DNA of 64,000 nt from Octopus sinensis. Lineage: Eukaryota. Positions 12,201 to 26,559 of this stretch are shown one piece after another. The position numbers and the translations under genes were made by a program. The notes under the pieces are model-generated. The model did not search any database. It had not been told where the DNA came from and worked only from the letters and a program-made list of their open reading frames with translations. The first letter of the stretch is position 1, and each line of letters opens with the position of its first letter. The stretch covers positions 139,500,001-139,564,000 of the forward strand of contig NC_042999.1 of assembly GCF_006345805.1 (NCBI RefSeq), read 5' to 3'.

Positions 12201-15200
12201 GCCAGGTTTGACAGAAAACCAGAGAGCTATAGAGAGGCATCAGATTCTAATGTCATCTTTGAGATGGTTTCTACAGCTGGGTACTTTTTATGTGCCACTG
12301 GCACTAGTAAGGTTTTCATGAAACTTCCAAGACAGAAAAGAACAGAGAAAAAAATGAAAGGAAAACATCTCTCACAACAAAGAAAAGTATTTGGGAGAGG
12401 AAGGCAGGGGTGAGTGCCTTTATGTTAAGTGTTGAAAAGCTAAAGTATGATAGAGGGACAAACACAGGTGTCTTGCCATAGAGGAGATACATGATTGAAG
12501 GAGATAAAAGGAAGATAGTGATGGCGGGTTAAAGCAAATTCTCAAGGAACAAGGTGAGCGTAAGAGAGGATATAAACAGTGGATTATGAGAGGAGTGAGA
12601 GTGTGTGGATTCTATCATAGGAGTGTGATGGGAAGTAAACAGGTGGAGGTGGAGGTTAATGTTGTGAGTGATTAGCAAGGGTGGAAGTGTAGATGATGGG
12701 AAATACCAGTAATGAGAGGGATAAATAAAGTGGGAGATATAGGAATGGCTCAAGAAGAAGAATAGAACAAAAAGTATGTACAAGGTGTCAGAGCAGTGGA
12801 GAGGGAAATATAGGTATGTAACGGGGGGGGGGCATAGTAGGTGGGTGGGTCATGATGGTAGATATGGGAGGACTTTGAGAATGACAGCTGATAAGAGAGG
12901 TGTTTAGAATGGAGTATAGCAGAGGGGAAAGAGAGCAGATGGCCCTAAGGCACAGAAAAAAGTGGGTAGTGATGAGTTGAAATAGTGTGGGTAGGGGTGA
13001 TTGAAGAATGTGGGAGAATGTTGGAGAGAGGTTGGGATGTAATATGTGCCAATACTGTTCTCAGGTAAATAAAATAGGCAGGAGATAAAATATTTAATTT
13101 TGGTAGTTTTTGTAGTATATAATATGGTTTTTCTTTTTATGAGTTTTTGTACTATATAACATGTTTTTTCTTTTTACAAGTCAAATGTGAATCCAGTGTT
13201 CAACCTATGGGTAGTCAGTAAAGTAGACTGAGGCATGTAGCATTATGTGTCTTAAACTTGAGAAATAACACAATGACAATAGAAAAAAAAAATAATAGGG
13301 TTTCACTTCAGAATTATGTTGACAGTAAATAGTCTCACTATCTAACTTCTGAACTATTGTTAAAATGCAAGGAAACTAAATAGCTTAAACTACGAGGGGC
13401 GTTCAATAAGTAATGCTCCTGGCCCACTTCCCATAGCAGTAGAGCAACGAAACTTGGCACAGTTATTAGTCTTTTTCTACATAGGAACCACCCAGAGTTA
13501 TGCATTTCTCCCATCGTTTGATGCAGCTCTGGAGACCGTTTTTGTAGAAGACCCCAGCTTGGTCCTCCAACCACAACATGACTTCAGAAATCAAGGCTGC
13601 TCATCTGGGAAACGCTTTCCTTTCAAAAACAACTTCATGGCTGGGAAGAGGTGAAAATCAGAGGATGCAAGGTCAGGATGGGAGAGGAGTTCATAGCCGC
13701 ACGCCTGTGCTTCTGATCTGGCGACACGCGAGTTGTGGACCGGAGCGTTGTCCTGCAGGAGGAGGATGCCTTTGCTGATCTTGCCCCGCCTCTTGATTTT
13801 GATAGCTTCTCTTAATTTCCTCAAAAGTGAAGCATAATAGGCTCCTGTAATTGTGGTACCCTTTGCCAGGAAATCTGTCATCACTACTCCGTCCTGGTCC
13901 CAGAAGACTGTGAGCATGACCTTGCGAGTGGAGGGCTGCACCCTTGCCTTCTTTGGAGAAGGTGAGTCATGGTGCTTCCACTGCATTGACTGGGCTTTGG
14001 TCTCTGGATCATAGTGATGGACCCAGGTTTCATCCTGTATAATCAGGAGTCTTTTGAAAAATTTTGACTCATCTTCTTGGCCCATCTCCAAATTCAACCT
14101 CGAGCACTCGACACGTTCTTGCTTCTGGAAGGTGTGAGCAACCTGGGAATCCATCTGGCAGGCACCTTTTGCATATGCAAATGGTCATGAATGATAGTTT
14201 CCACAGACCCGGTACTAATCTTGACCTCATGGGCTATTTGGCGAATAGTTGTGCGTCGATCTTCCAAAATGGCAGCCTCAACTTGAGGGACAGATGCCTC
14301 ATCAATGGCAAAAGGGTGGGGCGACCAGATCTGGGAGCTGTTTCTATAGAGTTCCGACCATGTTTGAATTCATGATGTCAGCGTTTTACAAGGTCAAATG
14401 ATGGGGCATCATCACCATAAGTTACTTTCATTTCATCAAAAGTCTCCCATGGTGTGAGTCCTTTCAAATACAAAAACCAGATCACTGCTCGACACTCAAC
14501 AGGCTCCATTTCACACTTGACTCAGTTCAAACATCTGTAAATCAGAAACCACAATTAGTTCAGAGCTGTAATTTGCCACTTAATCTATAGAGATATAAAT
14601 AATTGCACAGATCAAACAACTGCAAGTGGGTCAGGGGCATTACTTATTGAACGCCATTCCTACCTCACTACACTGCTCTAGTACTTCATAAAAATGAAAC
14701 TCTGATAATGATAAAGAACTTTTTACGTAGTCTGTACCTGCATTCAATAAACCATTGCCGTATCTGATCTTGCATTCTTTCTTTCATGTCAGAACCTTCA
14801 ACATCTTGAATTCTTTCTTTAACACTAACCAATGCCTGCCGATATTCCTCTTCATGCACTTCCTGTATAGCTCGACGTTTCTCCATGGTATTCAATGCAG
14901 ATGCTACAGCAGTGTTACCTGGGATGTTTGGCAACGGTGGAGGAGTCTTAAATATGGTACAAAAGAGATGAAATTCAGTGAATTTAAAGATACCATATAG
15001 AAGACTACCATACAGAAAAAAAACAGAATTAGTAAATCAGTTCTAGTTGTTTTTGTGTATCTTTAGACTGACTTTTATGATCTACAAGAATAGTACTACC
15101 TCCAGGTTCCATAGCATTAAGCAAGTGAGAAACAGATTTACTGCTACATAGTATGTCAATCTATTCATAAGTAACTTTTGTCACAGGAAGATGTAACCTT

Positions 15201-15837
15201 AGTGCTACATGGCGATGAATCACTTATCAATTCCAGTACAACTACTGTTTGTACTAATCTGTAAGAAATAACAGCCAAATCTTGCTCAAATCTCATCCTG
15301 TCAGCTCAAAAAAGGAAAGACATATTGGACACTGAAGTCCTAAATATACAAAATTATGGGAAGGTCACAGTGAGAATACATTTGATCACAGAACTGCTCA
15401 GCTGGGCTTAACCTGGGGATAAATAACAACAATCACCTAATTAGGGTAAGCTAAGTAGACTTTATGGTTTACTCAAAAGAAAACGGACAGTGCCCATGAT
15501 TTTTTGGTGGGCCTCAAATATTGGCTGGGGGAGGAAGGAAGGAACTTAAACTCAAGGTTTAATACAGGGATAAGCATAGATGTCTCATTATATATATATA
15601 TATATATATAGGGAGAGTTTACGAAAAAAAACAAAAGACGAAGACAGGTGGTGTACAAAACAAACTGATGTATTAGTATAATGCTCAGGAATAGAAGTCT
15701 TTTACGTTTCGAGCCTACGCTCTTCTACAGAAAGGGACACAGAAAAAACAAGGAGAGAAAAAAATGTGTGTAGTGGCTAACAATCTATCATGGCATTAAG
15801 GAATGGAGTAGATAAAATCTGGGCTACATGTCTTAGT

Positions 15838-15897
<60 letters not shown>

Positions 15898-15906
15898 TGT
15901 GTGTGC

Positions 15907-15946
<40 letters not shown>

Positions 15947-16672
15947 GGCCGTCGAAAGTTTCACTATGTGTTGTTGTCTGATGCTTCTAAAATTAGCACT
16001 TTGGGTGTCATTCAACAGTGTAATATACCTGTCACTTTCTGCTTAACAAAAATTCTTTCTTGCTCTGAACAAAATCTTTCATTAATTGAAGAGGGGGCTA
16101 TCTATGACTATCTTAGAAAGTCTAAGGAAATGACTAACGTTTTTACTCCAAAACTATTTTAAACTACACACCAATCAACAACAATCAATCCATTTATATT
16201 TGGTTGCAAAAGTATAAGATCGATTGGCACATTGAATAATTATTCTACAATAATGACATTCAACATATTCCTGGTAAAGACATGACTGCTGTTGTTCTTA
16301 CCAGATGCTTCTCTTTAACACCTTCTCCTGGAATCATAAATTCTATGTCATTTTGAAGAATGACTCAATTATGACACTATGTCAGATCTAAGAACTTGCC
16401 ATTTTCTTTGAAAGATGTGAAAAATTTATGAATGCATAACATACTTTAAATTAAAACTATGATTCTACCATCTAGTCCATAACAAACACCTTATAGGCGT
16501 AGGAGTGGCTGTGTGGTAAGTAGCTTGCTTACCAACCACATGGTTCCAGGTTCAGTCCCACTGCATGGCACCTTGGGCAAGTGTCTTCTACTATAGCCTT
16601 GGGCTGACCAAAGCCTTGTTAGTGGATTTGGTAGACGGAAACTGAAAGAAGCCCATCATATATATGTATATG

Positions 16673-16718
<46 letters not shown>

Positions 16719-17883
16719 TTATTTGGAAAAGGACGCGTGGCGTTCAATCATATAATAACAATTTAATAAATAAAACATATGCATACATACATACATATAT
16801 GTACATACCTACATCTATATGTATATATACACGCATATATGAGTACAGGACACCACAAAAAAACGTAGAACACAACGAGAAATGAAAACATAAAAACAAA
16901 ACGTGGAAACGGACTTTTTTAACAACGAAAAACAGAGTACAAGACATACAACACAAGGAACATTCCCCTTCTTCAGCTGCCCCTGTTTCGATTTATTGCA
17001 TGTTTCATATATATATATATATATATGTGTGTGTGTATGTATGTATGTGTGTGTATATGTTTGTGTGTCTGTGTTTGTCCTCCCAACATCGTTTGACAAC
17101 TGATGGTGGTGTGTTTACGTCCCCGTAACTTAGCGGTTCAGCAAAAGAGACTGACAGAATAAGTACTAGGCTTATAAAGAATAAGTCCTGGGGTCGATGT
17201 GCTCAACTAAAGGCGGTGCTCCAGCATGGCCACAGTCAAATGACTGAAACAAGTAAAAGAGTAAAAAAGAGTATTATTAGCAGCTACAAAAGTTCTCTAC
17301 TATTATCTAATTCTCACTATTACTTGGAGTTATAGATGAATTCTCGTGACTGTCTTTTGGGTTTGTGTGATCAGATATGATAACTCCTACAGTAATTCAC
17401 CTCTTTCAAAATACAGGGTGTCCATAAAGTCTCTTTACAATTTCAAAAATTTACGACGATGATGATGATGATGATTCCAAAGGCAATTGATCGTATATGT
17501 TTATCAGGTTTGTTCTATGGACTCAGTGGTTATCAAAGTTTTTAGCTATATTGCATCTGTGTTTTTCAGGTACCCTGTTGATGGATAAGAGTTGAGCTGG
17601 GGCTAACCAATAACACACACAGACCCATATCCATTCTTGAATTAAAAACTATCGCCATCATCATTGGGTCAGACAGAATCCATTGTGGAAGATTTTCTTT
17701 ATCCAGATTCCTTTCTTGACACCAGCTTCCCTATTGGAAGACATGTTTTCACATGAGAATGGAAATGAATGACATCTCTTGTATAATTGTGATACCCAGT
17801 TACAACCATCACAAGATGTCAAGACAAGGAGACACAAACACACACTCCACGCACACACACGCACGCACGCACACACGCACACA

Positions 17884-17914
<31 letters not shown>

Positions 17915-20900
17915 CCACACACACACACACACACACATATGCATACATATACCACTTTCGGTTTGGTCTACCAGATCCAGTCACAAGGCTTTAGTCGACC
18001 AAGGGGTTATAGTAGAAGACACTTGACCCAGGTGCCACACAGATAGATTGAACCTGAAACCATATAGTTGAGAAGTGAACTTCTTGAGCACAAAGTTATA
18101 TACCAGTGCCTCTTGAATTTAAATAACAACTTTGTTACATCTAATCTAAACAAATGTGAATAAGGAAATGTTCTTAGATCACTTTCGAATTTCTGCTAAA
18201 TGTTAGATAGAGAAACACTTTCATCAACAACACTATCTAATTGTTATTAGAAATTAATTAGAATGTTTCAAAGTTTGGCAAAGTCAGGTTATCACTTCAA
18301 CCAATAACAAAGCTAAGTTGAAAAACAGAAACAAGAAAATCTCTCACCATTCCCAAGAACTCCAATTCAACATTTCTTTCTATTTCTGTCCGCTTTCTCT
18401 GCAAGAAACCTTTCCATACCTGCAAACAAATTTCATTATCTATTATTGTCTTCTACAGAAATATGACATAATCTACATTTACGGTTCCATCTTGGAACTT
18501 CAAGGGCTTCACTGTCTTTTTGTTGATTAGGTATTTAGTAACAATCTTCTGTGCTTGGATTGCAGATACATAGCCTTCGAAGTGTGATGTTATGTAGCAG
18601 TAACGAATCCAAGAGAGGCTTTGCTTCATGCCAATATTACTATCTTCTTCAAGTCTTTGAGAAACATAACCCATGAATGGTATTTTTTGGTATGTTGAGC
18701 ATTTCACCTCCAGGTCTTCTTTGAGGTATACTAGTCTGGCTGATTTGGGGTTGTATGGGAGGTCATCAGGAAGAGAGTGCTTCCTGAGGATCTCACTTCC
18801 AACACATAGGATATTTTTTCTTCACTTTTCAGCTAATATATTTATTTTCAGTTAATGTATTTATTTTTGCTGCTGTTGTTTACTAAGTGCTGTCTGGGAG
18901 AAACTGTATGACATTCAAAGGCTGTCTGCACTGATTTCAACCCTGCTTCCTTTATCTCCTCTTAGGTAGAGCCTGTCAATATCACTATTTTTGTAGGGAT
19001 TTCCAGTTGATGTTAGAATCTTGTAGGTTTTAAAGCCTATGGAGTGGATTTCTTCTGCAGACCAGTCAAGTATCCCAAATGTTGGAATCAGCACTGGTAT
19101 TGCAAATGCATTGTGGAATATTGTCTTGCTGTGAGAGGGGAGTTCAGACTGCCATAGTTTTGTTTGTTGGATGTAATATTCTTGGATCACTCTATCTTTA
19201 TTCAAAGCACCTTGGTATGATGCATTTTCATCAATACCTTGATGCACATGTTTTGTGTCTGAGGGACTGATTTTCCTCATTCAACAAGAACATTTGTTCT
19301 GGCCAAATTCCATTACTTTGTCAGCTAAAAATGTTATTAATTCCAGTTGTTTGTTTGTTTTGCTTGTGTGCATGCATGCGTGTATGTGGTTTGTGTGTGT
19401 GTGCACAGAGAGAGAGAGACAGAGACAGAGGGTTATAGCTCGACTAATTAGGAAGAGAGTTCACCTAGATGAGATGCAGTTTGGTTTTGAGCCAAAAAGA
19501 AGCACTACTGATGCTACCTTACTGGTAAAGAAACATCCATTTTCAATGCTGGCATAGAGTGGACAGTTCAACTGGGGTCAGGAAGCCAGGAGGCTGCACC
19601 AGGCTCCAGTCTGATCTGGCAATCTTTCTACAGCTAGATGCCCTTCCTAACGCCAACCACTCCGAGAGTGTAGTGGGTGCTTTTTTACATTCCACTGGCA
19701 CAGGGGCCAGAGGGACTGACATATATATTTCTTTACTACCCACAAGGGGCTAAACACAGAGGGGACAAACAAGGACAGACAAAGGGATTAAGTCGATTAC
19801 ATCGACCCCAGTGCGTAACTGGTACTTAATTTATCGACCCCGAAAGGATGAAAGGCAAAGTCGACCTCGGCGGAATTTGAACTCGGAACGTAACGACAGA
19901 CGAAATACGGCTACGCAGGTCGCCCGGCGTGCTAACGTTTCTGCCAGCTCACCGCCTTAGGACTGACATATATATCTTTCATGTTTGTTGCACACGCGTC
20001 TTTGCTAGTATATACGCAGTGAAGCTATACAATAGCTTCGTATTTATTACGATTGCTATTTTCCAGTAAATATTGGTGCCTTGTTGTACCATTTATTTAC
20101 TTTTATATGTATAATTTTACCCTTATGGGCTATCTTTTACTGGAAAGCAATACTTTCGTATTGCATTATTATTTTCATTGAAACTTCTTCACTGTTCTCG
20201 TTCTGTTAACGTTTTGGCATTCAGACGAGTGTACTGGCATAGATGTGGCAACATTTGAAATATTGTCTAGGTATATGCAGCTGATGAAGACAAATCAAAT
20301 CTACGTTGTCAAACGTATTTGAAGAGTCTGAAACCGGTCCTGCATTATCTGATTCTAGGTTTTCCATTTTCAGATGTTCTTCCTAGAGGTAAAACAAATT
20401 TTTTTAATGTTTGTTGCATACACGCGTCTTTGCTAGTATATACGCAGTGAAGCTATACAATAGCGTCGTATTTATTATGATTGCTACTTTCCAGTAAATA
20501 TCGGTGCCTTGTTGTACCATTTATTTACTTTTATATATATATATATATACATATACATATAAGGAAAATAAGACAAGATAGAAAATGCTAAAATAATTTT
20601 ATCATGAAGAACATTTTAGTACCGGTTTCAGTCATTGCGACTTTTTCAACTTAGAGTAAAGTATGAAGAACAATTAAATTGTGGAAAAATTAAATGAAAT
20701 GTTTTTTAAAAAAATATATTTCCATAGTTTTCAAATGCAAGGGATATTTTTCCTTATTTCTGCCTGTCTCTGTCTCTCTTTTTTATTCTTGTGGGTTGTA
20801 GGAGGTTAGGAGCAGTTAGTTTGATATGAATTCTTGACTTTGATTGTTTAAGCAGCAGTAGTAGTAGAGAGGGGAGGGGGGGAGGAGAGAAAAAGAAAAA

Positions 20901-23900
20901 AAAGAAGAAGAAGAAGGTGGGAGTGACATGACAGTAGCAGGATGTTAATGCAATCCACATAAATGGTCAAGTGACCTAAAAGTGACTCGCTGTGGATGAT
21001 AGTAGTGATTGAAATCATTCTTAATTAATTCTTGGGGTGACTGTTTTGAATATATTATTTTTAATATTTGCGTGGGTGTCATTCTAAGGCCCTGGTGACA
21101 GTGTCATTTGTTGTGGATATATTCAAAAGAGGTTGGTATTTTGTGACAAAGAATGGCTCTTTACTAATACACAGACTACAGGTTGTATCGTCTCTGAATT
21201 GATAGAGGGGGAAAATTCTGAAGCTTGGTTGTTTGTTATTGGCGCAAATGTCGATATGTTCACTGAATGCTACTTTTCTGCTTTGGGAAATTTTGATCTG
21301 GGATCTGTGCAGAGCCATAGTAATGTTTATATATTATCAAAAGTATGGAAATTAATGTTATATAAAGTTGTTGACTTGAATTTGATGTTTGTTCTCTAAT
21401 CAATGTTTTTTATCTCTATCTCAATTTCATTTGAGCACTTCTTTTTTGTAGTCATATAAACCCTTTTGTCTCTATAAAAAGAGGCAAAAATTATTTCTTG
21501 TCATATATATATATGTATATATATACATATATATGCACACACACACATACTTACACATAGACAGACACACACACACACACAAATACTTGCGTTTCCAGAA
21601 TACACGTGCATATGCACCTAAATGCAACACATACATATATAAAGAAATGCATTAACCAGAAAAAAAAGTCACCTTTTGTATCAATAGCGCAGCTAAAAGT
21701 CGGCTCATTGCTGGTACTCCTCTAATTTCAGCCCTTTTCTCTCGTTCTTCTTGTAGCCTTATTTCTTTCATGAACTTTGCTCTTAGTCTCCCTTGTCTTG
21801 CTCTTTCATTCATCTGGATGATATGCACAGCCTCTTCAAAGGTCAACTGAATCATGTCTTTCTGTTTTGAAAGACAACAAAAAAAAAACATCACCAACAA
21901 TATCAGTAATTTGTCATTGTTAATATATACTACCTATGCTCTATTGAAAGCAATCAGTTCTAAAGAATGGGACAAAAAAATCTATGATAAAGATCATATA
22001 AAAAGCACTCATGCTGGTGCCATATAAAAAGCACTCATGCTGGTACCACATAAAAAGCATTCATGCTGGTGCCACATAAAAAGCACTCATGCTGGTGCCA
22101 CATAAAAACCACTCATGCTGGTGCCACATAAAAAGCACTCATGCTGGTGTCACATAAAAACCACTCATGCTGGTGCCACATAAAAACCACTCATGCTGGT
22201 GCCTCATAAAGAGCACTCATGCTGGTGCCATGTAAAAAGCACCCAGTACACTCTATAAAGTGGTTGCCAACAGGATAGGTATCCAGCCATAGAAACCATG
22301 GCAGAACAAATAATGGGGCCTGGTGTGACCCCTGACCTTACCAGCTCCTGTCAAAGTGTCCAACCTATACCAGCATGGTAAATGGATGTTAACTGATGAT
22401 GATGGTGGTGGTGGTGGTGGTGGTGGTGGTGGTGGTGGTAGTGGTGGTGACGACAACGATTATGATGATGATGGTAGGAATAATGATTTTCCATTCTTGC
22501 ATAGGTTGGATGTAAACTTCTACGAGGCACATTTTATATTCAGATCATGTATCTGCCTCCAACCCTTGTTTTTCAAGTAAGGGACTTTTCAGTCCACTTG
22601 TCTTTGAAAGTGTAGAGCAACAAGTTATAATCTTAACTAGGAATGTCATGGTTTTGCTCAGATGGTGACAAGTAAAGCTGTGGAATGCTGACATTTGACC
22701 ACAAACGCTTACACACACATATTCACACACACATGCACACACACACACATACACACACACACACACATTCACTCACATATACACACACAAGACATGATGG
22801 GGCTTCCATGAAATTTCCATTTGTAAATTCCACTCACAACCTATTGGACTACAATTAAAAAGACATTTGCCCAAGATGTCACAGAGTAGGACTGAACCAA
22901 AAACCATATGGTTGCCAATTGAATTATTTAACCACACAGCCATACTTGCAAATCAGTAGTAATTCTGATTTCAAATTTTGGCACAAGGCCAGTAAGCTGA
23001 GGGGAAGGAATAAATCGATAATGTCAACCCCATTACTCAATAGATACTTATTTTATTAACCCTCAAAAGGATAAAAGATAAAGTCAACCTCATCAGGATT
23101 TGAACCATGAACCTAAGGATGGATGAAATGCTGCCAAGTATTTTGCCTGACATACTAATGAGCCAGCCAGCTCACTGACTTACACCTTAGTAGAACCTCT
23201 GTTACCTTGGACATAAATTTTCATACACTTAAATTGTGAAAATATTGGTACCAATCCTGGTACTGCGCAGCATTATAATAATAATAATAATGAAATTATT
23301 GTATACAGTGCTCAGGTGCACCACAACTTGTCAAAAGTGCGTATAAAGCATATGCAGTAATGTACAAATGTCTGAAAGTGAACAGTGTATGAGTCAGATA
23401 CATGCTTGCATGTGTATAGAGGGGAGCAAATCAGGTGTAGTGTTGGCAAATCTCAAGAAGCATGGAAGTTTTGAAGGATGCAGTGCTCCAACAACTCTAA
23501 CAACTGACGCCAGCAGTTTGCTCCATGCTCCAGCAACTCTTAGAGTGAAAAAATGTTTCCAAAAGTCATGGGAGCTGTGCTGTTTTCTGACTTTGTAAAC
23601 ATGTCCACAGGTGTTAGACAGATGGAGTTTGAAAAAGTGCTCAGAGTTATTGTTTGTACGATGGTTAATGATTTTATGGGTGTCTGCCAAGTCAGCTGCC
23701 AGACATCGGAGTTTCAATGTATCCATGCCCAGGGAAGAAAGGCGTTCAGAATATGGCAAATGCCTGATGGAGGGTATTCTCTTGGTTGCACGTCACTGAA
23801 CGGTTTCCAGACAATTAATATCCTGGGCAAGATAGGGGTTCCAGACCAGTGATGCAAATTCCAGGTGAGGCCACACCATAGCTATATAAAGCCACAGATA

Positions 23901-24261
23901 GCTTAATTGCACAATTAAGCTTAATTGCACAATATAGCATTAGATGATACTTCACTCAGTTATTCTACTCTACACTATACTGGACCACATTCCTGTATAT
24001 TACCCAATAGTGCTATACTACATCACCTAATACTGCACTATAGCTCTAAAGTGTACCATAGGCTTCTATATAACAAATTTATACAGTAGTGCATGTCTAC
24101 ATAATTACACTAGGCCTGGCTGTGTGGTAAGAAACTTGCTTCCCAATCACATGGTTCTGGTTTCAGTTCCACTGTATGGTACCTTGGGCATGTGTCTTCT
24201 ACTATAGCCTCGAGCTGACCAAAGCCTTATGAATGGATTTGATAGAAACTGAAAGAAGCCC

Positions 24262-24300
<39 letters not shown>

Positions 24301-26257
24301 ACCACCATTTGACAACCAGTTTTGGTATGTTTACATTCCTGTAACATAGCAGTTCAGTAAAAGAGACTGATAGAATAAGTACCAGGCTTAAAAGAAAAAA
24401 CATAAGTAATGGGGTAGATACATTCAACAAAAAAAAATTCTTCAAGCGATGCAAATCGTTTGAAGAATTTTTCATGCAAGACAGATCCCATATTGGTGAA
24501 AACATATATATCAAAACCACCTTGTAAATAAAACTATTTGACATCTTACAAGGATCACAAGCTTATAAGACAAACCTCAATGTTGGGAGGTCCTTTCTTG
24601 AACCACCATTTTCCAGTTAACTAAACCCTAACCCATGTTTATAAGGCATAAGTTTGTTTTCTAGGAAGTTTTACTAAGAAAGAAGAGTACATTATAAGTC
24701 AAATATGGTATCTTAAATTTTAAAAATGCATGCAAGAAATCTATGAAGCAACTTACTTTGTCCAAAACTTTGATGCCCAGTTTTGTCAAAATTGAATCCA
24801 ACAAACCTTCTCGATCCTTTAATATTCTCTTCCGTTCCAAGAGAAAGTACTTGGGAATTGGCAGTTCAATGTCATGCTGAAACAAAAACACAACAGTTGC
24901 AATATAGTAAGAGAGGACAAGGGGAATAAAATCTGAATGAACTGTGCAATAACTGATAGTAAAAGAAAACATTTTAGAAATGAGTAAACGCTAAAGTAAG
25001 AGCGAAAGACCATTGAAATAACATCAAGCTAGATGAGTAGCATTAACAGGAAAATACTAGACTTAATGCCTTGTAGGGTTTACTTCAGTCTTTCCAATAC
25101 TGAGTTCAAATCTTCCTTGTCAAATGTCTTCTACTATAACATCAGTTTGACCAATACTTTGTAAGTGGAAACTGTGCAGAATCCTATGACATATAAACAG
25201 TGAATCATATTGGTTTCAAATTTTGGCACAAGCCAGTAAGTTTGGGGGAGGGTTAAGTTGATTATATTGACCCCAGTGTTTTTAACTGAAACTTATTTTA
25301 TCAACCTCAAAAGGATGAAAGGCAAAGTTGATCTCAGCAGAATTTTAACTCAGAACGTAAACATAGATGAAATGCTGGAAAGCATTTAGGTTAGCATGCT
25401 AATGACTCTGCCAGCTTGTGGCCTTGAAACACACACTCGTATTAAAACAAATACCATCTCAATTCTGGTAGTAGAGAAAATTATATGTAAAACAAGAGAA
25501 TTTTTTTAATCTTTTTAATTTACTTACTGGTGTTAATTTATAATCAGCAAGAATGTCATCAAAATAGTGGAACTCGGAAAATTCCAAGTTCACCATTTCA
25601 TTTTTGAGTTCCAAAATTCTTCCAATGGTAGCATCAAGAACCTGTCTTAACAATTGCCGTTTCTGAGGCTGAACAATTTGATCATAGCATAGTTCTAGAT
25701 TTTTATATATCTTGATATATTTCACATACATGGTGGCCAGTTGTTGAAAAGCTATCTTTCGGTCCTACAAAATAAGTATTCAATGCAGTTAGTTATAACT
25801 TAAAAGGCACCTAACAGGTGGAAACATATATAAATATGAACATGTGTGTATATGTGTATGCATGTGTTTACATGTGTATGAAGTGACCATCTCTAGGCAG
25901 ATCTACAGGTGGATCATTATCATCAGCTCTGCAGAGTCCCAGCTACTTATAAATACTCCACCATACTAAAAGTCATCATTATACACCAACATCTTACATA
26001 ATTAAGCAATTAAGTCTCCCACACCAAACACTTTACCCTTTGTGTTGAGTCTTAAATTTTAAGACAATTTGTATCACAGTAGAGAGAGAGTGGTCAGTTT
26101 GCCAAAGCTTCATTTGACCAACTGGCATTCTGCCAAAGGTTTGGCGCCCAAACAGAACTGACGACGACTGTTCAATACCAAAATATATATAATTTGTACA
26201 TATTATAATGAAATTGAAATCTCTCTGTCTGTTCAAAACACTATTAGCTGCGTGTAT

Positions 26258-26291
<34 letters not shown>

Positions 26292-26518
26292 ATGTATGCA
26301 TGCATGTGTGTGTGTGCATGTATGCATGCATGTGTGTGTGTGTGTGTGCATGTATGCATGTGTGTGTGTGTGTGTGCATGTATGCATGCATGTGTGTGTG
26401 TGTGTGTGTGCATGTATGCATGCATGTGTGTGTGTGTGTGTGCATGTATGCATGCATGTGTGTGTGTGTGTGTGCATGTATGCATGTGTGTGTGTGTGTG
26501 TGTGTGCATGTATGCATG

Positions 26519-26559
<41 letters not shown>

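Noticed and set aside
12400-13070. Purine-rich stretch and 84-aa minus ORF
   Set aside because: Looks like decayed retroelement sequence but no diagnostic motif could be read.
16950-16995. Minus-strand CTGAAGA with hairpin, Penelope-like context
   Set aside because: GAAA lies on the wrong side for type I and no consistent permuted fold could be built; at most a decayed PLE fragment.
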